Shown piece after piece: positions 51,185 to 61,475 of a stretch of 64,000 nt of DNA. How positions within the stretch are numbered: the stretch's first letter is position 1; each line of letters starts with the position of its first letter. A program made the position numbers and the translations under genes. This DNA comes from Pirellulales bacterium. Lineage in GTDB: Bacteria > Planctomycetota > Planctomycetia > Pirellulales > PALSA-1355. The DNA lies in assembly GCA_963733035.1 (NCBI GenBank), contig CAVTBU010000006.1, positions 832,001 through 896,000 of the forward strand, given 5' to 3'. The notes beneath the pieces were generated by a model, which was given only the letters and a program-made list of their open reading frames with translations, had not been told where the DNA came from and ran no database searches.

Positions 51185-52357
51185 TCACTCGGACTGGCGC
51201 TTCAACCGAAACGTGTCCAGCACGATCGACTGGTCGACTTTGCCGTAGGCGTCGTCGGCTCCGACGTGGGCGAAGTTGAAAATCTGGCCGTCGGGCGTTT
51301 GCAGGCTGCGCGGATAGTAGGCCGAGGCGGGCACGTCGAGCTTGTGCCAGGATTGACCGGCGTCGGTGGTCCAGTGAATGCCGCTGGTGGCGATGTGCAG
51401 GATCGGGCCTTCACGCGTCGCGAGCAGCTCGGGATGCCCGCTGTAGGGCAGCTCGGTGGGGCCGGCCGTCTGGGCGATCCAGGTATCGCCGGACTTTTTG
51501 AGCGTGCTCTGCCAACGGTTGGTGGCGCCCGCGCGGCGAAAGACGCAAAACAAGTCGCCGTTGGCCAACTCGGCGGCGTCGAACTCCTCGGTCCAGCCGT
51601 CGCGCTGTTCAGGGAGGCTGGCGGCGATCGGCCCCTGCCAGGTGCGGCCTTGATCGGACGAGACCAACAGAAAGGGTTCGATTTCCTTGCTGAGTTCTTC
51701 GCGCGTCTGGCTGCCGACTGCCGCGCGAGTGAGTCCGCCCAGCACCACGACGCGTCCGTCGCGCAGCACGCGAATCCGCCGGAGCCAGGTGAAGTACTTC
51801 GCCGGGTCGATTGGAACCTGGGGCTTGCTCCATGTTTGCGTGCCGTCGGTGGAGCGTTGGATGAAGCCGGTCTGCGGCAGCTCGGGGTTGTAGGGGAGAT
51901 AAAACCCATGCACGCCGCGGATCACCGTTCCGTCGGGCAGCGCGGTTTCGGCTTCGCCTGTGATGCCGTTCATGCACGACTTGTACGGGTCGGCACTCAC
52001 CTGCTGCCAGGATTGGCCGGCGTCGGTGGAACGGAGATGGACGTTGCGCAGGTCCAGGCCCGTCATGTCGTAGTCCGGCCGGCCCGGCGGGGGCCACCAC
52101 AGTCGATGCTGAATATCTTGCGGCGCACGCGGACGACCATCGACCGGCCCGGTGGCCTGCGTGAAGCAGACCATCAGGCTGCCGTCGGGCATTTGCCAGG
52201 CGCCACACCAACTGGTAAAGCCCGGCGTTTGCGGCGAGTGATAGATTGTGCGGCGCTGGTAATCAGCGGCGGAGAATTCGTCGGCACAGGCGGCGGTAAC
52301 AAGGGCACAGAGTGCCAAACCGGCCACGGCGGACCGCAACCGTGAACGCGTTCGCAT
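51185..52357 (-). CDS. sialidase/BNR-repeat protein
   Basis: Asp-boxes STDAGQSW, STDGTQTW, SSDQGRTW, TTDAGQSW; signal peptide. Confidence 0.88.
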   Translation of the reverse strand: MRTRSRLRSAVAGLALCALVTAACADEFSAADYQRRTIYHSPQTPGFTSWCGAWQMPDGSLMVCFTQATGPVDGRPRAPQDIQHRLWWPPPGRPDYDMTGLDLRNVHLRSTDAGQSWQQVSADPYKSCMNGITGEAETALPDGTVIRGVHGFYLPYNPELPQTGFIQRSTDGTQTWSKPQVPIDPAKYFTWLRRIRVLRDGRVVVLGGLTRAAVGSQTREELSKEIEPFLLVSSDQGRTWQGPIAASLPEQRDGWTEEFDAAELANGDLFCVFRRAGATNRWQSTLKKSGDTWIAQTAGPTELPYSGHPELLATREGPILHIATSGIHWTTDAGQSWHKLDVPASAYYPRSLQTPDGQIFNFAHVGADDAYGKVDQSIVLDTFRLKRQSE

Positions 52358-52391
52358 GAAGAGTTCCTCTTGTGCAAGCCGTCAGCCGGGC

Positions 52392-52431
52392 GCGATTAAA
52401 GGGGACGAAGCGCGCCGTCCCCTTTAATCGC
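52392..52431. repeat. REP-like palindrome with the RAYT-end core
   Basis: GCGATTAAAGGGGACG-N8-CGTCCCCTTTAATCGC. Confidence 0.8.
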
Positions 52432-52483
52432 CCGTTGTCGTTTCGCAAAACGCGGCGTGGATGCTTTCGGCACCCGCCGGCCA

Positions 52484-53017
52484 CTAGCGCCGGGGCGGGG
52501 TGGAGTTGTCGGCCACCTTCTGCCGGGTCTCGGTGAAATCGAGCGCGGTGATTTGACCGGCGGTGAGTTGGACCGTCTTCTCTTCGCTCACCGGCTTGTC
52601 GTCGCGCATATACTCGGCCCGAACCTTGTACGAATAGGTGGTGCCGGGCTGCAGGTCGCGCGAGATGTATTGCCGAACCGGGCCGGTGCTGGTGGTGGGA
52701 CGATCATTGACGAAGATTTTCGCCTCGGCCGGCACATCGACCGTGAGCAAGGCGTTGTTCGTGGCGGTCGACGTGGTGGCTCGCGATGGCGAACCGGCAT
52801 AGTAGCCCATTCCCGGTCCCCAGTACCCCGGATAACCCCAGCCGCCGTAGCCCCAGCCACCGTAGTAACCAAGACCATATCCGCAGCCACCCCAGCCGCA
52901 ACCGCCCCAACCACAGCCACCCCAGCCGCAGTGGCGATGACCAAAAGCGCTGGCCTCACTGGTGAATGAACCGAGAGCGACAAGTACGACTGCAATCTTC
53001 AGTGCTGTTTTCAACAT
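52484..53017 (-). CDS. TIGR03000 domain protein
   Basis: Signal peptide, CGWGG x3, Gly/Tyr-rich tract, VDVPAEAKIFVN...TGPVRQY...YSYKVRAE. Confidence 0.88.
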   Translation of the reverse strand: MLKTALKIAVVLVALGSFTSEASAFGHRHCGWGGCGWGGCGWGGCGYGLGYYGGWGYGGWGYPGYWGPGMGYYAGSPSRATTSTATNNALLTVDVPAEAKIFVNDRPTTSTGPVRQYISRDLQPGTTYSYKVRAEYMRDDKPVSEEKTVQLTAGQITALDFTETRQKVADNSTPPRR

Positions 53018-53338
53018 GGTTTTTGCTCCCCAGGAGATACTTCCGATGACGTCTGACGGCACCTTGCGTCGCACACCTTGGTGCCGAGGCAAGAGTACCA
53101 TACCAAGTCTAGGTTCCAAGTAGTACCAGCGCCGGCGAGTTCGGGACTTGCCGCGCCCGGGTTTTAATGGGTTTTCAACCGCATCTTAGGCGAATCAAAC
53201 TCCTGCGTGCGGCTCGGCGGCAAGCGCGAAGCGGCGCAGGCCGACTTCCAATACGTTGCGCTGGCCGGCCGTCGTCTTGCCGGGCTGAGAAAACGATCAA
53301 ACGCGATATCGCGAGCAACCGTCGTCCTCACGCTCAAA

Positions 53339-53446
53339 CTACTTTGCCGGGCGAGTGGTGATGACGTTGCCCGGCTTGGCCGGCTTGGCGGCTGTCTTCG
53401 GCTGCTTGAGCTTCTTCTTTTCTTTGCGGCGGTCTTTGTTTCCCAT
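53339..53446 (-). CDS. small basic protein (35 aa)
   Basis: Hand-translated MGNKDRRKEKKKLKQPKTAAKPAKPGNVITTRPAK. Confidence 0.6.
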   Translation of the reverse strand: MGNKDRRKEKKKLKQPKTAAKPAKPGNVITTRPAK

Positions 53447-53869
53447 GGCGGGGCAGTGCTTTCGGGTAGGAGTAGTCGATACCGTGGCCACGTGGCCATC
53501 GGCGGGGCGATTCTAAACCATGCGGAAGCCGGCGATAAGGGGGGGAACCGCATCGCCGACGTGCCAACGGCGACGTTTCGAGGTGTTGTTGTCTGCGATG
53601 TTCCAGGATTTCCGCTTGGCGGCGGCAGCGCAAAAAAACTGTCCGAGGCTCACGACGAAGCTCGGACAGAGTTGAAGTCGATCGAAAGCGAAGCAAGTGC
53701 CCGACCTCGCTTACTAGTTTGTTGGAAAATGCCCTCGTGGCATTTCCCAACCTCGCGAAGTGCGGAGCCGAACTCCACACCGCTGGTGAAACAACGACTA
53801 ACGTCGGTTGTTTCGTCATCGCGTCCATGCGATCGCGCAGGCGGTTGAATTCTCCAACAGCCTGTTAGG

Positions 53870-54904
53870 TTAGATCAACTTTCCGACCTTGGCGATCAGG
53901 TCGACGGTGCGACAGCTGTAGCCCCATTCGTTGTCGTACCAGCTGAGGGTTTTTAGCAGGTTGCCCTCCATCACCTGGGTCCAGTCGGGCACGAAGATCG
54001 AGCTGTGCGAGTCGCCGATGATGTCGGTCGAGACGAGCGGGTCTTCGTTGTACGAGAGGATGCCTTTCATCGGGCCTTCGGCGGCCTTCTTCATGGCCGC
54101 GTTCACCTCGTCCTTGGTCACCTCGCGAGCCACCACCGAGGTGAGGTCCACGAGGCTGCCGGTGGGCACGGGCACCCGCAGGGCGATGCCGGTCATCTTG
54201 CCCTTGAGCTCGGGAATGACCAGACCGATGGCGCTGGCGGCACCGGTGCTGGTGGGAATGATGTTCTGAGCGGCGGCCCGGGCACGATACAGGTTGTCGT
54301 GCGGCATGTCCTGCAGGCGCTGGTCGTTGGTGTAGGCGTGCACCGTGGTCATCAGCGCCTTGTTGATGCCAAAATTGTCATGGATCACTTTAGCCATCGG
54401 CGCCAGGCAGTTGGTGGTGCAACTGGCGTTCGAGATGCACTTTTGCTCCTTGGTGAGCTTGTCGTCGTTGACGCCCAGCACGCAGGTCAAGTCGGCGCCG
54501 TCCTTGGCCGGGGCGCTGAGCACGACGCGCTTGGCGCCGGCCTTGAGGTGCGTGTCGTAGCCGGGCTTGGTCTTGCCGTCCTTGGTGCTTTCGCGGGCGG
54601 TGAAAATGCCGGTGCTTTCGACGACGACGTCGACATTCAATTTGCCCCAGGGGAGCTCGGCCGGATCGCGGACGGCGAGGGCTTCGATCTCGTGACCATC
54701 GACGGTGATGTACTTGTCGTTGTAGGTTACCTTGCCGGGATAGCGGCGGTGGGTGCTATCGTACTTGAGCAGCGTGGCCAAGGTTTGATTGTCGGTCAGG
54801 TCGTTGATGGCCACCACCTCGAACTCACTCGAGCGGGCCATCAGATTTCGGAACACCAGCCGGCCGATGCGGCCGAACCCATTAATTGCAACGCGAATTG
54901 ACAC
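53870..54904 (-). CDS. gap: glyceraldehyde-3-phosphate dehydrogenase, type I
   Basis: [30 protein letters not shown]. Confidence 0.98.
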   Translation of the reverse strand: MSIRVAINGFGRIGRLVFRNLMARSSEFEVVAINDLTDNQTLATLLKYDSTHRRYPGKVTYNDKYITVDGHEIEALAVRDPAELPWGKLNVDVVVESTGIFTARESTKDGKTKPGYDTHLKAGAKRVVLSAPAKDGADLTCVLGVNDDKLTKEQKCISNASCTTNCLAPMAKVIHDNFGINKALMTTVHAYTNDQRLQDMPHDNLYRARAAAQNIIPTSTGAASAIGLVIPELKGKMTGIALRVPVPTGSLVDLTSVVAREVTKDEVNAAMKKAAEGPMKGILSYNEDPLVSTDIIGDSHSSIFVPDWTQVMEGNLLKTLSWYDNEWGYSCRTVDLIAKVGKLI

Positions 54905-55263
54905 GAGAATTCTCCTTCAAGCAAAACCGCCTTCCCACGCCGGGGAAGCGCGCTGGCCACCGCCTACTTCATCGATGGAAACGGCCGATTATACAGGTGG
55001 TCCTGGCGATCGACAATTGGCCCGCGTGTGTGGGTCGCGCCCTGGGACTGAGGTGGTCGGCGGCGTGCCTTCTGCTTTGCGATATGCACGAGGAACGATG
55101 CCCAGGCAGTATAGAATGCAAGCGCGATTGCGCAACCGAGAATCCACCACAACTTACGACCTACGGCTCGCCTCGATTTCGGAACTTCTCCCGGCGATTG
55201 GAATGGGTTTTGTCCGTAGCTGATAGCGGCATTCTTTCGCACACGAAAAATGCCCGATCAGCG

Positions 55264-55773
55264 TCACGTATCTGGTGGGATGACTTCCGGAAAAACGATA
55301 TTGTACGGCGTCGGATCAACGTAGAAAATTCGGTAGCTCTCCAGGGCGGACAATAGCCGCTGAACCTCGGGCCAATTATCTCCAAACCTTTCTCGGCCGC
55401 GTTCGTCATTGTCACGTTCGGTTTCCGGAGAATAGTCGGGCTCAGTGAACCTTACTTTTGCAAAGTCGATGATGTACGGAGGGTTCTGCATCAGGTCCAT
55501 TTCGACCACCTGCAGCTCGTCGTCAAATCCGTGCATTTCAGGAATCCAGAAGCCCGCGATCTGCTGGGTGATGCCCCACCTTTTCAATTCTTGGTACGTG
55601 AATCGCTCATTCTGGTAGCCGCGCCAGGCCGAAAATACTTTGATGGCTGTGTCGCGTTCCGTGGACCAGACCGCACCATCCGTGCCATCGCCAAGGAAAG
55701 CTTTGATGTTTACGTGGGGTCGATGTAGGCTAAGATACGCGTCAAGTCGTTCTCGATATTGGGCGTCAAGCAT
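55264..55773 (-). CDS. small kinase-like protein
   Basis: LGDGTDGAV, AIKVF, IPEMHGFD...VVEM, IIDFA, YVDPTPYNI. Confidence 0.7.
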   Translation of the reverse strand: MLDAQYRERLDAYLSLHRPHVNIKAFLGDGTDGAVWSTERDTAIKVFSAWRGYQNERFTYQELKRWGITQQIAGFWIPEMHGFDDELQVVEMDLMQNPPYIIDFAKVRFTEPDYSPETERDNDERGRERFGDNWPEVQRLLSALESYRIFYVDPTPYNIVFPEVIPPDT

Positions 55774-56040
55774 ATGGGAATTCACCACAAAGATGGATAT
55801 TCGGCCTCGGTCGAGGGCTTCTTTGTCGTCGGCGAAGCACGTTTTCGTTTGGCTAAGACAAATGGCTGCAGTTTTGTATTGGCTGAATTCTGCGAACTTC
55901 CGCCGGGATCCAGCGGCGAGCTTTTGGTCATTGTCGACGGCAAGGCCAGCGTTCGCTGCGTCAGGCTACCCGAGGGCGTGGCGCTCGGCCAGCGCGTGGT
56001 TAATTACGAGGTTCCGCAGGACGAGTCCGTGCCGTTCTAG
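55774..56040 (+). CDS. small beta-rich hypothetical protein
   Basis: GYSASVEG...LPPG.GELLVIVDG...VRLPEG; followed by a strong hairpin. Confidence 0.65.
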   Translation: MGIHHKDGYSASVEGFFVVGEARFRLAKTNGCSFVLAEFCELPPGSSGELLVIVDGKASVRCVRLPEGVALGQRVVNYEVPQDESVPF

Positions 56041-56114
56041 CCATCCGCACCCAATCTGGCGGGCCCATTAACGGAAAGCGTGGAAACCGAACCAACGACC
56101 GGACGCCTTCCTGA

Positions 56115-56164
56115 AAACACAAAAGCCCAGCCCGCGCGAGAGCGCGGGCTGGGCTTTTGTGTTT
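56115..56164. terminator. bidirectional terminator
   Basis: 23-bp perfect stem with GAGA loop and A/T-rich base. Confidence 0.85.
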
Positions 56165-56304
56165 CGCTTGGTTTTGGCTCATTCGTGAACGGGTGCCAGC
56201 AGCGGTCGACATCTGCGGTTGCGGGGCGGGTATGCTACAATGCCACGGTTGCGGCGATACACGGGTAGGAAATTGGTTTTTCTTTGACAACACAAGGGCG
56301 GCGC

Positions 56305-56577
56305 ATGAGCGGCGAGCACGACAAACTGCGACAGGCACTCAACGATCTTCAAGACCACCTGGCGGAATTGCGCGAGGTCGATCCGAACGTGGCTGCCCAG
56401 CTGGATTCGACAATCGCCGAAGCCAACAGTGTGTTGGGCTCGGAAGCGAACGCCGGGGAGCATCACACCGTGGCCGAACAGTTCAACGAGGCGCTGTTGC
56501 ACTATGAGGCCTCTCACCCGACGCTGGCCGGCAACCTGCGCAGCGTGATCGACGCGCTGGGACAGATTGGAATTTGA
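56305..56577 (+). CDS. DUF4404-like protein
   Basis: YEASHPTLAGNLRSVIDALGQIGI. Confidence 0.85.
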   Translation: MSGEHDKLRQALNDLQDHLAELREVDPNVAAQLDSTIAEANSVLGSEANAGEHHTVAEQFNEALLHYEASHPTLAGNLRSVIDALGQIGI

Positions 56578-56601
56578 CGCCGCGGTAGACTGCTGGCGAA
56601 A

Positions 56602-57303
56602 TCACCGACCGCGCTTGCCACCGGTTGGCGGATTCGCGAGCGTGATGCTGACGTCTTCGGCCAGGGCCTGGCCTGGACGGTTGAACGTTGGAACCGGCTT
56701 CTGGTTGTCGTAGTACCAGGCCTTCACTTTCATTTGGTCGCCGAATTGCGCCAGCCGCGGGTCGTCGATCGCCAACACGACTTTCAGGTCGTCGGCCATC
56801 TTGGCCGAAAGTTTCAAGCGTCCGGCCGCGATTTGCAGGGTATCGTCTTTGACTCCCATGATGCGACCGCGGATGCGGTAGTCGCCGGGGGCAGGATCGC
56901 GAACCGGCCTGGCGTCTTCGGCAGTGTCGTCGGGCGCGAACAGTCCCAGAGGCTGCCGACCCTTGCCGTTGACGACTTCGATTTCGGCAAGCGGTTCGGC
57001 CAGTGTGGCGTCTTCTTTGACGTTGCCCTTGAGTTCCACAGTCATCCCGGGCCGCAGATAGCTCCGATCCGCGATCCCTTCAATGGAGACTTTTGACAGG
57101 GGATTGACTGTCAACAGCCACACGTCCTGGTTCGAATCGCGAAACTTGAGCAGGTTGCCCTGCATTCCTTCGAGCGTCCCTTCCTCTTTGAGCTCGAGTG
57201 AGTTGAGCGGGACTTGGAATTGGGCTTGGGTTTCCTGACCGGCGAGGCCGGCCACCAGACCGACGATCGCGCCGGCGACCATGCTGTGCGTTGAATTGAA
57301 CAT
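56602..57303 (-). CDS. secreted hypothetical protein
   Basis: Signal peptide; GAGGGAG RBS; beta-rich. Confidence 0.72.
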   Translation of the reverse strand: MFNSTHSMVAGAIVGLVAGLAGQETQAQFQVPLNSLELKEEGTLEGMQGNLLKFRDSNQDVWLLTVNPLSKVSIEGIADRSYLRPGMTVELKGNVKEDATLAEPLAEIEVVNGKGRQPLGLFAPDDTAEDARPVRDPAPGDYRIRGRIMGVKDDTLQIAAGRLKLSAKMADDLKVVLAIDDPRLAQFGDQMKVKAWYYDNQKPVPTFNRPGQALAEDVSITLANPPTGGKRGR

Positions 57304-57678
57304 CAGAATCTCCCTCTTATTCTGCCGTTCCACTTACCAGGGGATTTGTTACGCCGCCTCTTGGAGCCAACACGAGAGCACGGACGACCGGGCAACCACG
57401 TGAAACCGCGACGTGGGCCGACGACACCATCCGTTCAGTTGCTGGCCACCTTTTCAGATTTTTTGCTTTCGCATGAGTTTAGAATACCTTAATCCGCTCT
57501 GCAAAGGGCGCCAAATCAGCGGCTTGGAGCACCATTTGCGGCATTTTGCCTCACCGGCGCGCCGTTGTCAGGTTCCGCACGCGGGGTCACAATGCCTGCT
57601 GGCGGCGGCGATTGCGGCAAATGTCGCGGGCCGCGCCGCGAACCATCAACCACCCGTTTCCGCCAGCGTGCAACGTTT

Positions 57679-58476
57679 ATGCCCAAAGATACCGGTCAAA
57701 TTACGATTCCGCAGTTTCGCGCCATGAAGGCCGCGGGCGAAAAGATCACCATGCTCACGGCCTACGACTACCCGATCGCCAAGCTGATCGACCCCTTGGT
57801 GGAGGGAATTCTGGTGGGCGACACGATGTCGATGGTCGTGCAAGGTCACGCGAACACGCTGCCAGTCACCCTCGATGAAATGATCTATCACGCCGAGATG
57901 GTGGGTCGCGCGGCCGGCCATGCGCTGGTGGTGGTGGACATGCCGTTTCCCAGTTTCCACCTGGGCGTGTACAAGGCGATCGAAAACGCGGGCCGAATTC
58001 TCAAAGAAACCCATTGTCAGGCGGTCAAGCTCGAAGGGGGCACCGACCAGGCCGAGGTGATCGCCGGGCTGGTTTCGGCCGGCATTCCAGTAATGGCCCA
58101 CTGCGGGCTGCGGCCGCAGAATGTGCACCAGTTGGGTGGTTACAAAGTGCAGCGTGATGAAGACCGCCTGCTGGCCGACGCCAAGGCCGTCGAAGAGGCC
58201 GGCGCGTTTGCCGTGGTGCTCGAATGCATTCCCGCGCCGCTGGCCGAAAAGCTGACGGCCGAGTTGTCGATTCCGACGATCGGCATTGGGGCCGGTGCCG
58301 GATGCGACGGACAGATTCTGGTAACGTACGATTTGCTCGGCCTGACCAGCGGCTACGTGCCGCGCTTTGTGAAGCCGTATGCCGACCTGGGCAAAGTTAT
58401 CACTGGCGCGGTCACGGAATTTCGCGACGACGTCCGTGATGGCAAGTTTCCGTCGGCCAAGCAAACGTTCAAGTAG
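57679..58476 (+). CDS. panB: 3-methyl-2-oxobutanoate hydroxymethyltransferase
   Basis: [35 protein letters not shown]. Confidence 0.97.
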   Translation: MPKDTGQITIPQFRAMKAAGEKITMLTAYDYPIAKLIDPLVEGILVGDTMSMVVQGHANTLPVTLDEMIYHAEMVGRAAGHALVVVDMPFPSFHLGVYKAIENAGRILKETHCQAVKLEGGTDQAEVIAGLVSAGIPVMAHCGLRPQNVHQLGGYKVQRDEDRLLADAKAVEEAGAFAVVLECIPAPLAEKLTAELSIPTIGIGAGAGCDGQILVTYDLLGLTSGYVPRFVKPYADLGKVITGAVTEFRDDVRDGKFPSAKQTFK

Positions 58477-58598
58477 CCGAGACCGTTTTCCTGGCGAATT
58501 CGGGTAAGCGACTGACAGGCCGAGCGGGCAGGTCGACGGCTGCACGCGCGTTGGCGCGGGCCGGCCGCAATTCAAATTCGCGATTGAGGAATCCTGCG

Positions 58599-60678
58599 AT
58601 GTCCAACCGCCTGGCCAGTGAATCGAGTCCTTATCTGTTGCAGCACGCGGGCAATCCGGTGGATTGGTATCCCTGGGGGCCCGAGGCGATTGAACGGGCG
58701 CGCGAAGAACAAAAGCCGATCTTCCTGTCGATCGGCTACTCGGCCTGCCACTGGTGTCACGTGATGGAGCACGAGAGTTTTGAGAATGAGGCGATCGCGC
58801 GGCTGATGAACGAGCACTACGTGTGCGTGAAAGTCGATCGCGAGGAACGGCCTGACTTGGACCAGATTTATATGAACGCCGTGCAACTGATGACGGGGAG
58901 GGGAGGCTGGCCGATGTCGGTTTTTCTGACGCCGGAGCTGAAACCGTTCTACGGCGGAACTTACTGGCCGCCGACGGGAAGGAGCGGGATGCCGGGGTTC
59001 GACCAGGTGCTGGTGGCCGTCAACGACGCCTGGCAGAACCGCCGCGAGCAGGCCGTCCAACAGGCCGATGCGCTCGCCGATCATCTGACCGCGGTGGCCA
59101 CCGGACCGGCGGAATCAAAGGAATTGCAGCACTCGCTGGTGACGCACGCCGCCTCGGCCATGATGCGCACGTTCGATCACGAGCATGGTGGGTTTGGCGG
59201 CGCACCGAAGTTTCCGCATCCGATGGATCTGCGACTGCTTGCGCGGGCCTGGTTTCGTAGTCGAGACAAGGAAACGCTGCACGTCATCACGCATACGCTC
59301 GACAAGATGGCGGCGGGCGGCATTTACGATCAGCTCGGCGGCGGTTTTCATCGCTATTCGACCGACGTCCGGTGGCTGGTGCCCCATTTCGAGAAGATGC
59401 TATACGACAACGCGCTGTTGGTACCGTGCTACCTGGAGGCGTTTCTCATCACCGGCAAGGTGGACTACGCGCGAGTCGCCCGCGAGAACGTGCGACTACG
59501 TGCTCCGCGAGATGACGGATGGGGCAGGGGGGTTCTACAGTACTCAGGACGCGGACAGCGAAGGGGTGGAAGGAAAGTTCTTCGTCTGGACGCCGCAGGA
59601 GATCGAAGCGGTGTTGGGCGCGGATGCGACCGCGGAGTTCTGCCACGCCTATGGGGTTGCCGACGCGGGCAACTTCGAACATGGCACGAGCATCCTGCAT
59701 CTGCCTCATCGGCTGAGCGACGTGGCCACCGCGCTGCTCAAAGACGAACAGCAGTTGCGCAACTCGCTGGCCGATAGTCGGGCCAAGCTGTTGGCCGTGC
59801 GCGAGCGCCGCGTGCATCCCGGGCTCGACGACAAGGTGCTCGTCGCCTGGAATGGGTTGATGATCGATGCCCTGGCGCAGGCGGCGGGCGTGTTGGACGA
59901 GCCGCGCTATCTGAGTGCCGCGCAGCGTGCAGCGGAGTTTTGTCTGACGCACATGCGGCGCCACGACGGGCGGTTGCTGCACACGTGGCGCGAAGGACAG
60001 GCGAAACTCGATGCGTATCTGGATGACTACACCTCGCTGGCCAATGGTTTGATCAGTCTCTACGAAGCAGACTTCGACGAGCGGTGGATCGGCGCGGCGA
60101 TCGAACTTGTGGACGAAGTGCTTGCGCGGTTTATCGACAGCGAGCGGGGCGGGTTCTTTTACACCGCCACCGATCACGAAACGCTGATCGCGCGGCAGAA
60201 AGATTTCTACGACAACGCCGTGCCGAGCGGCAACTCGATGGCGGCGATGGCGCTCGTGCGGCTGGGCAAGTTGACCGGCCGCGGCGAGTATCTCGAGGCG
60301 GCCGAGGGAACGCTGCGCGCCGCGGCCGAGCTGCTCGAGCGTGCGCCGCAGGCCGGCGGGCAATTGCTGTTGGCACTCGATCTGTATTTCGGACCGACGC
60401 CCGAGATCGTGGTGCTTGGCAATCCGGACGAGGCCGATACGGCGGAGTCACTAGCCGCACTGCGTCACCGCTTTGTCCCGAATCAAGTCGTCGCCTGCCG
60501 CCCAGGGGATGCGGGGATCAGCGGGCCGCTTGACGGGCTGTTTGATGGCAAGTCGCTCGCCGGGCCGGAACCGGCGGTGTTCGTTTGCGAGGACTTTGCC
60601 TGCCAGGCGCCTGAGTTCGGCAAAGACGCGGCGTTGGCAATCTGGCAGCGACTCAGTCAAGGCGGCGCGACGCCGTAG
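58599..60678 (+). CDS. thioredoxin domain protein (YyaL/DUF255), frameshift near 59488
   Basis: [27 protein letters not shown]; second frame [22 protein letters not shown]. Confidence 0.92.
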
Positions 60679-60721
60679 CGGCGGCGTTCCCACTCGGGAC
60701 GCCGTTGCGCAGTGCCCGCTG

Positions 60722-60997
60722 TCAGCGGCGGGGCCACCAGCGGCTGATGGCGTAATAGGAGAGCGCGGCCGAGATCACGCCGAAGCTCGCGGCGAAGACG
60801 AAGCCGATGGCCGGAACTTGCCAGCGCAACGGATGCCCGGGCGGCTGCGGCGTATTTCCCAAGAGCAGATTGACACTCGTCCAGGCGAAAAGCAGCGCGG
60901 CGAGCAGCAACATGGCGCTTGCCGCGCAACACGTGACAAGCGCGATGGCGCGGGCCGCGGATCGAAGCCAGGTCGAAGTGTCACGAGATGCGTTCAT
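60722..60997 (-). CDS. small membrane protein
   Basis: Two hydrophobic segments. Confidence 0.5.
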   Translation of the reverse strand: MNASRDTSTWLRSAARAIALVTCCAASAMLLLAALLFAWTSVNLLLGNTPQPPGHPLRWQVPAIGFVFAASFGVISAALSYYAISRWWPRR

Positions 60998-61031
60998 GGC
61001 GCAATTGTAGCAGCGCGGATCGTTGGTGCGG

Positions 61032-61361
61032 TTATGGGTGGGTCAGTCTGCTATCGGGCGGCCCAGGTATCCATCGAACCTCCAGGGGACGCACCACGCC
61101 AGGCGGCAGGTCCGGAACCGGCTGCTGCACGCGGAATTGTCCGCGAACGACGAATTCAGGATAGTCCGGCGGGGCGTCGAGGGGGGAGAGAAAGAAGCGA
61201 TCATCAACTGGATCATAATCATAGCCCTCGTCAAAGCCGCCATCTGGCAGCCAACCCAACGAACGAAAGCGGTGTGGCACGCCCTGAAAGTTGGCGACGC
61301 CAACGCGCGGCCCATCATAGTAATCATGTATGGATAGAACTGGCTCAAAATCTTCGCTCAT
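61032..61361 (-). CDS. hypothetical protein
   Basis: DYYDGPRVGVANFQGVPHRF; ends LEVRW. Confidence 0.65.
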   Translation of the reverse strand: MSEDFEPVLSIHDYYDGPRVGVANFQGVPHRFRSLGWLPDGGFDEGYDYDPVDDRFFLSPLDAPPDYPEFVVRGQFRVQQPVPDLPPGVVRPLEVRWIPGPPDSRLTHP

Positions 61362-61475
61362 GCAACCAATATCTCCGCTGCATTGTGCGTCCCAATTGTG
61401 CGCTGCACGATAAGTCCAGTCGGTCGTCACTCACTAGCGCCGGATCACGAGGATATATCCTGGGGCACGGGCAAT

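Noticed and set aside
55141..55149. tRNA 3' end / att site (TCCACCA)
   Set aside because: No T-arm or cloverleaf upstream
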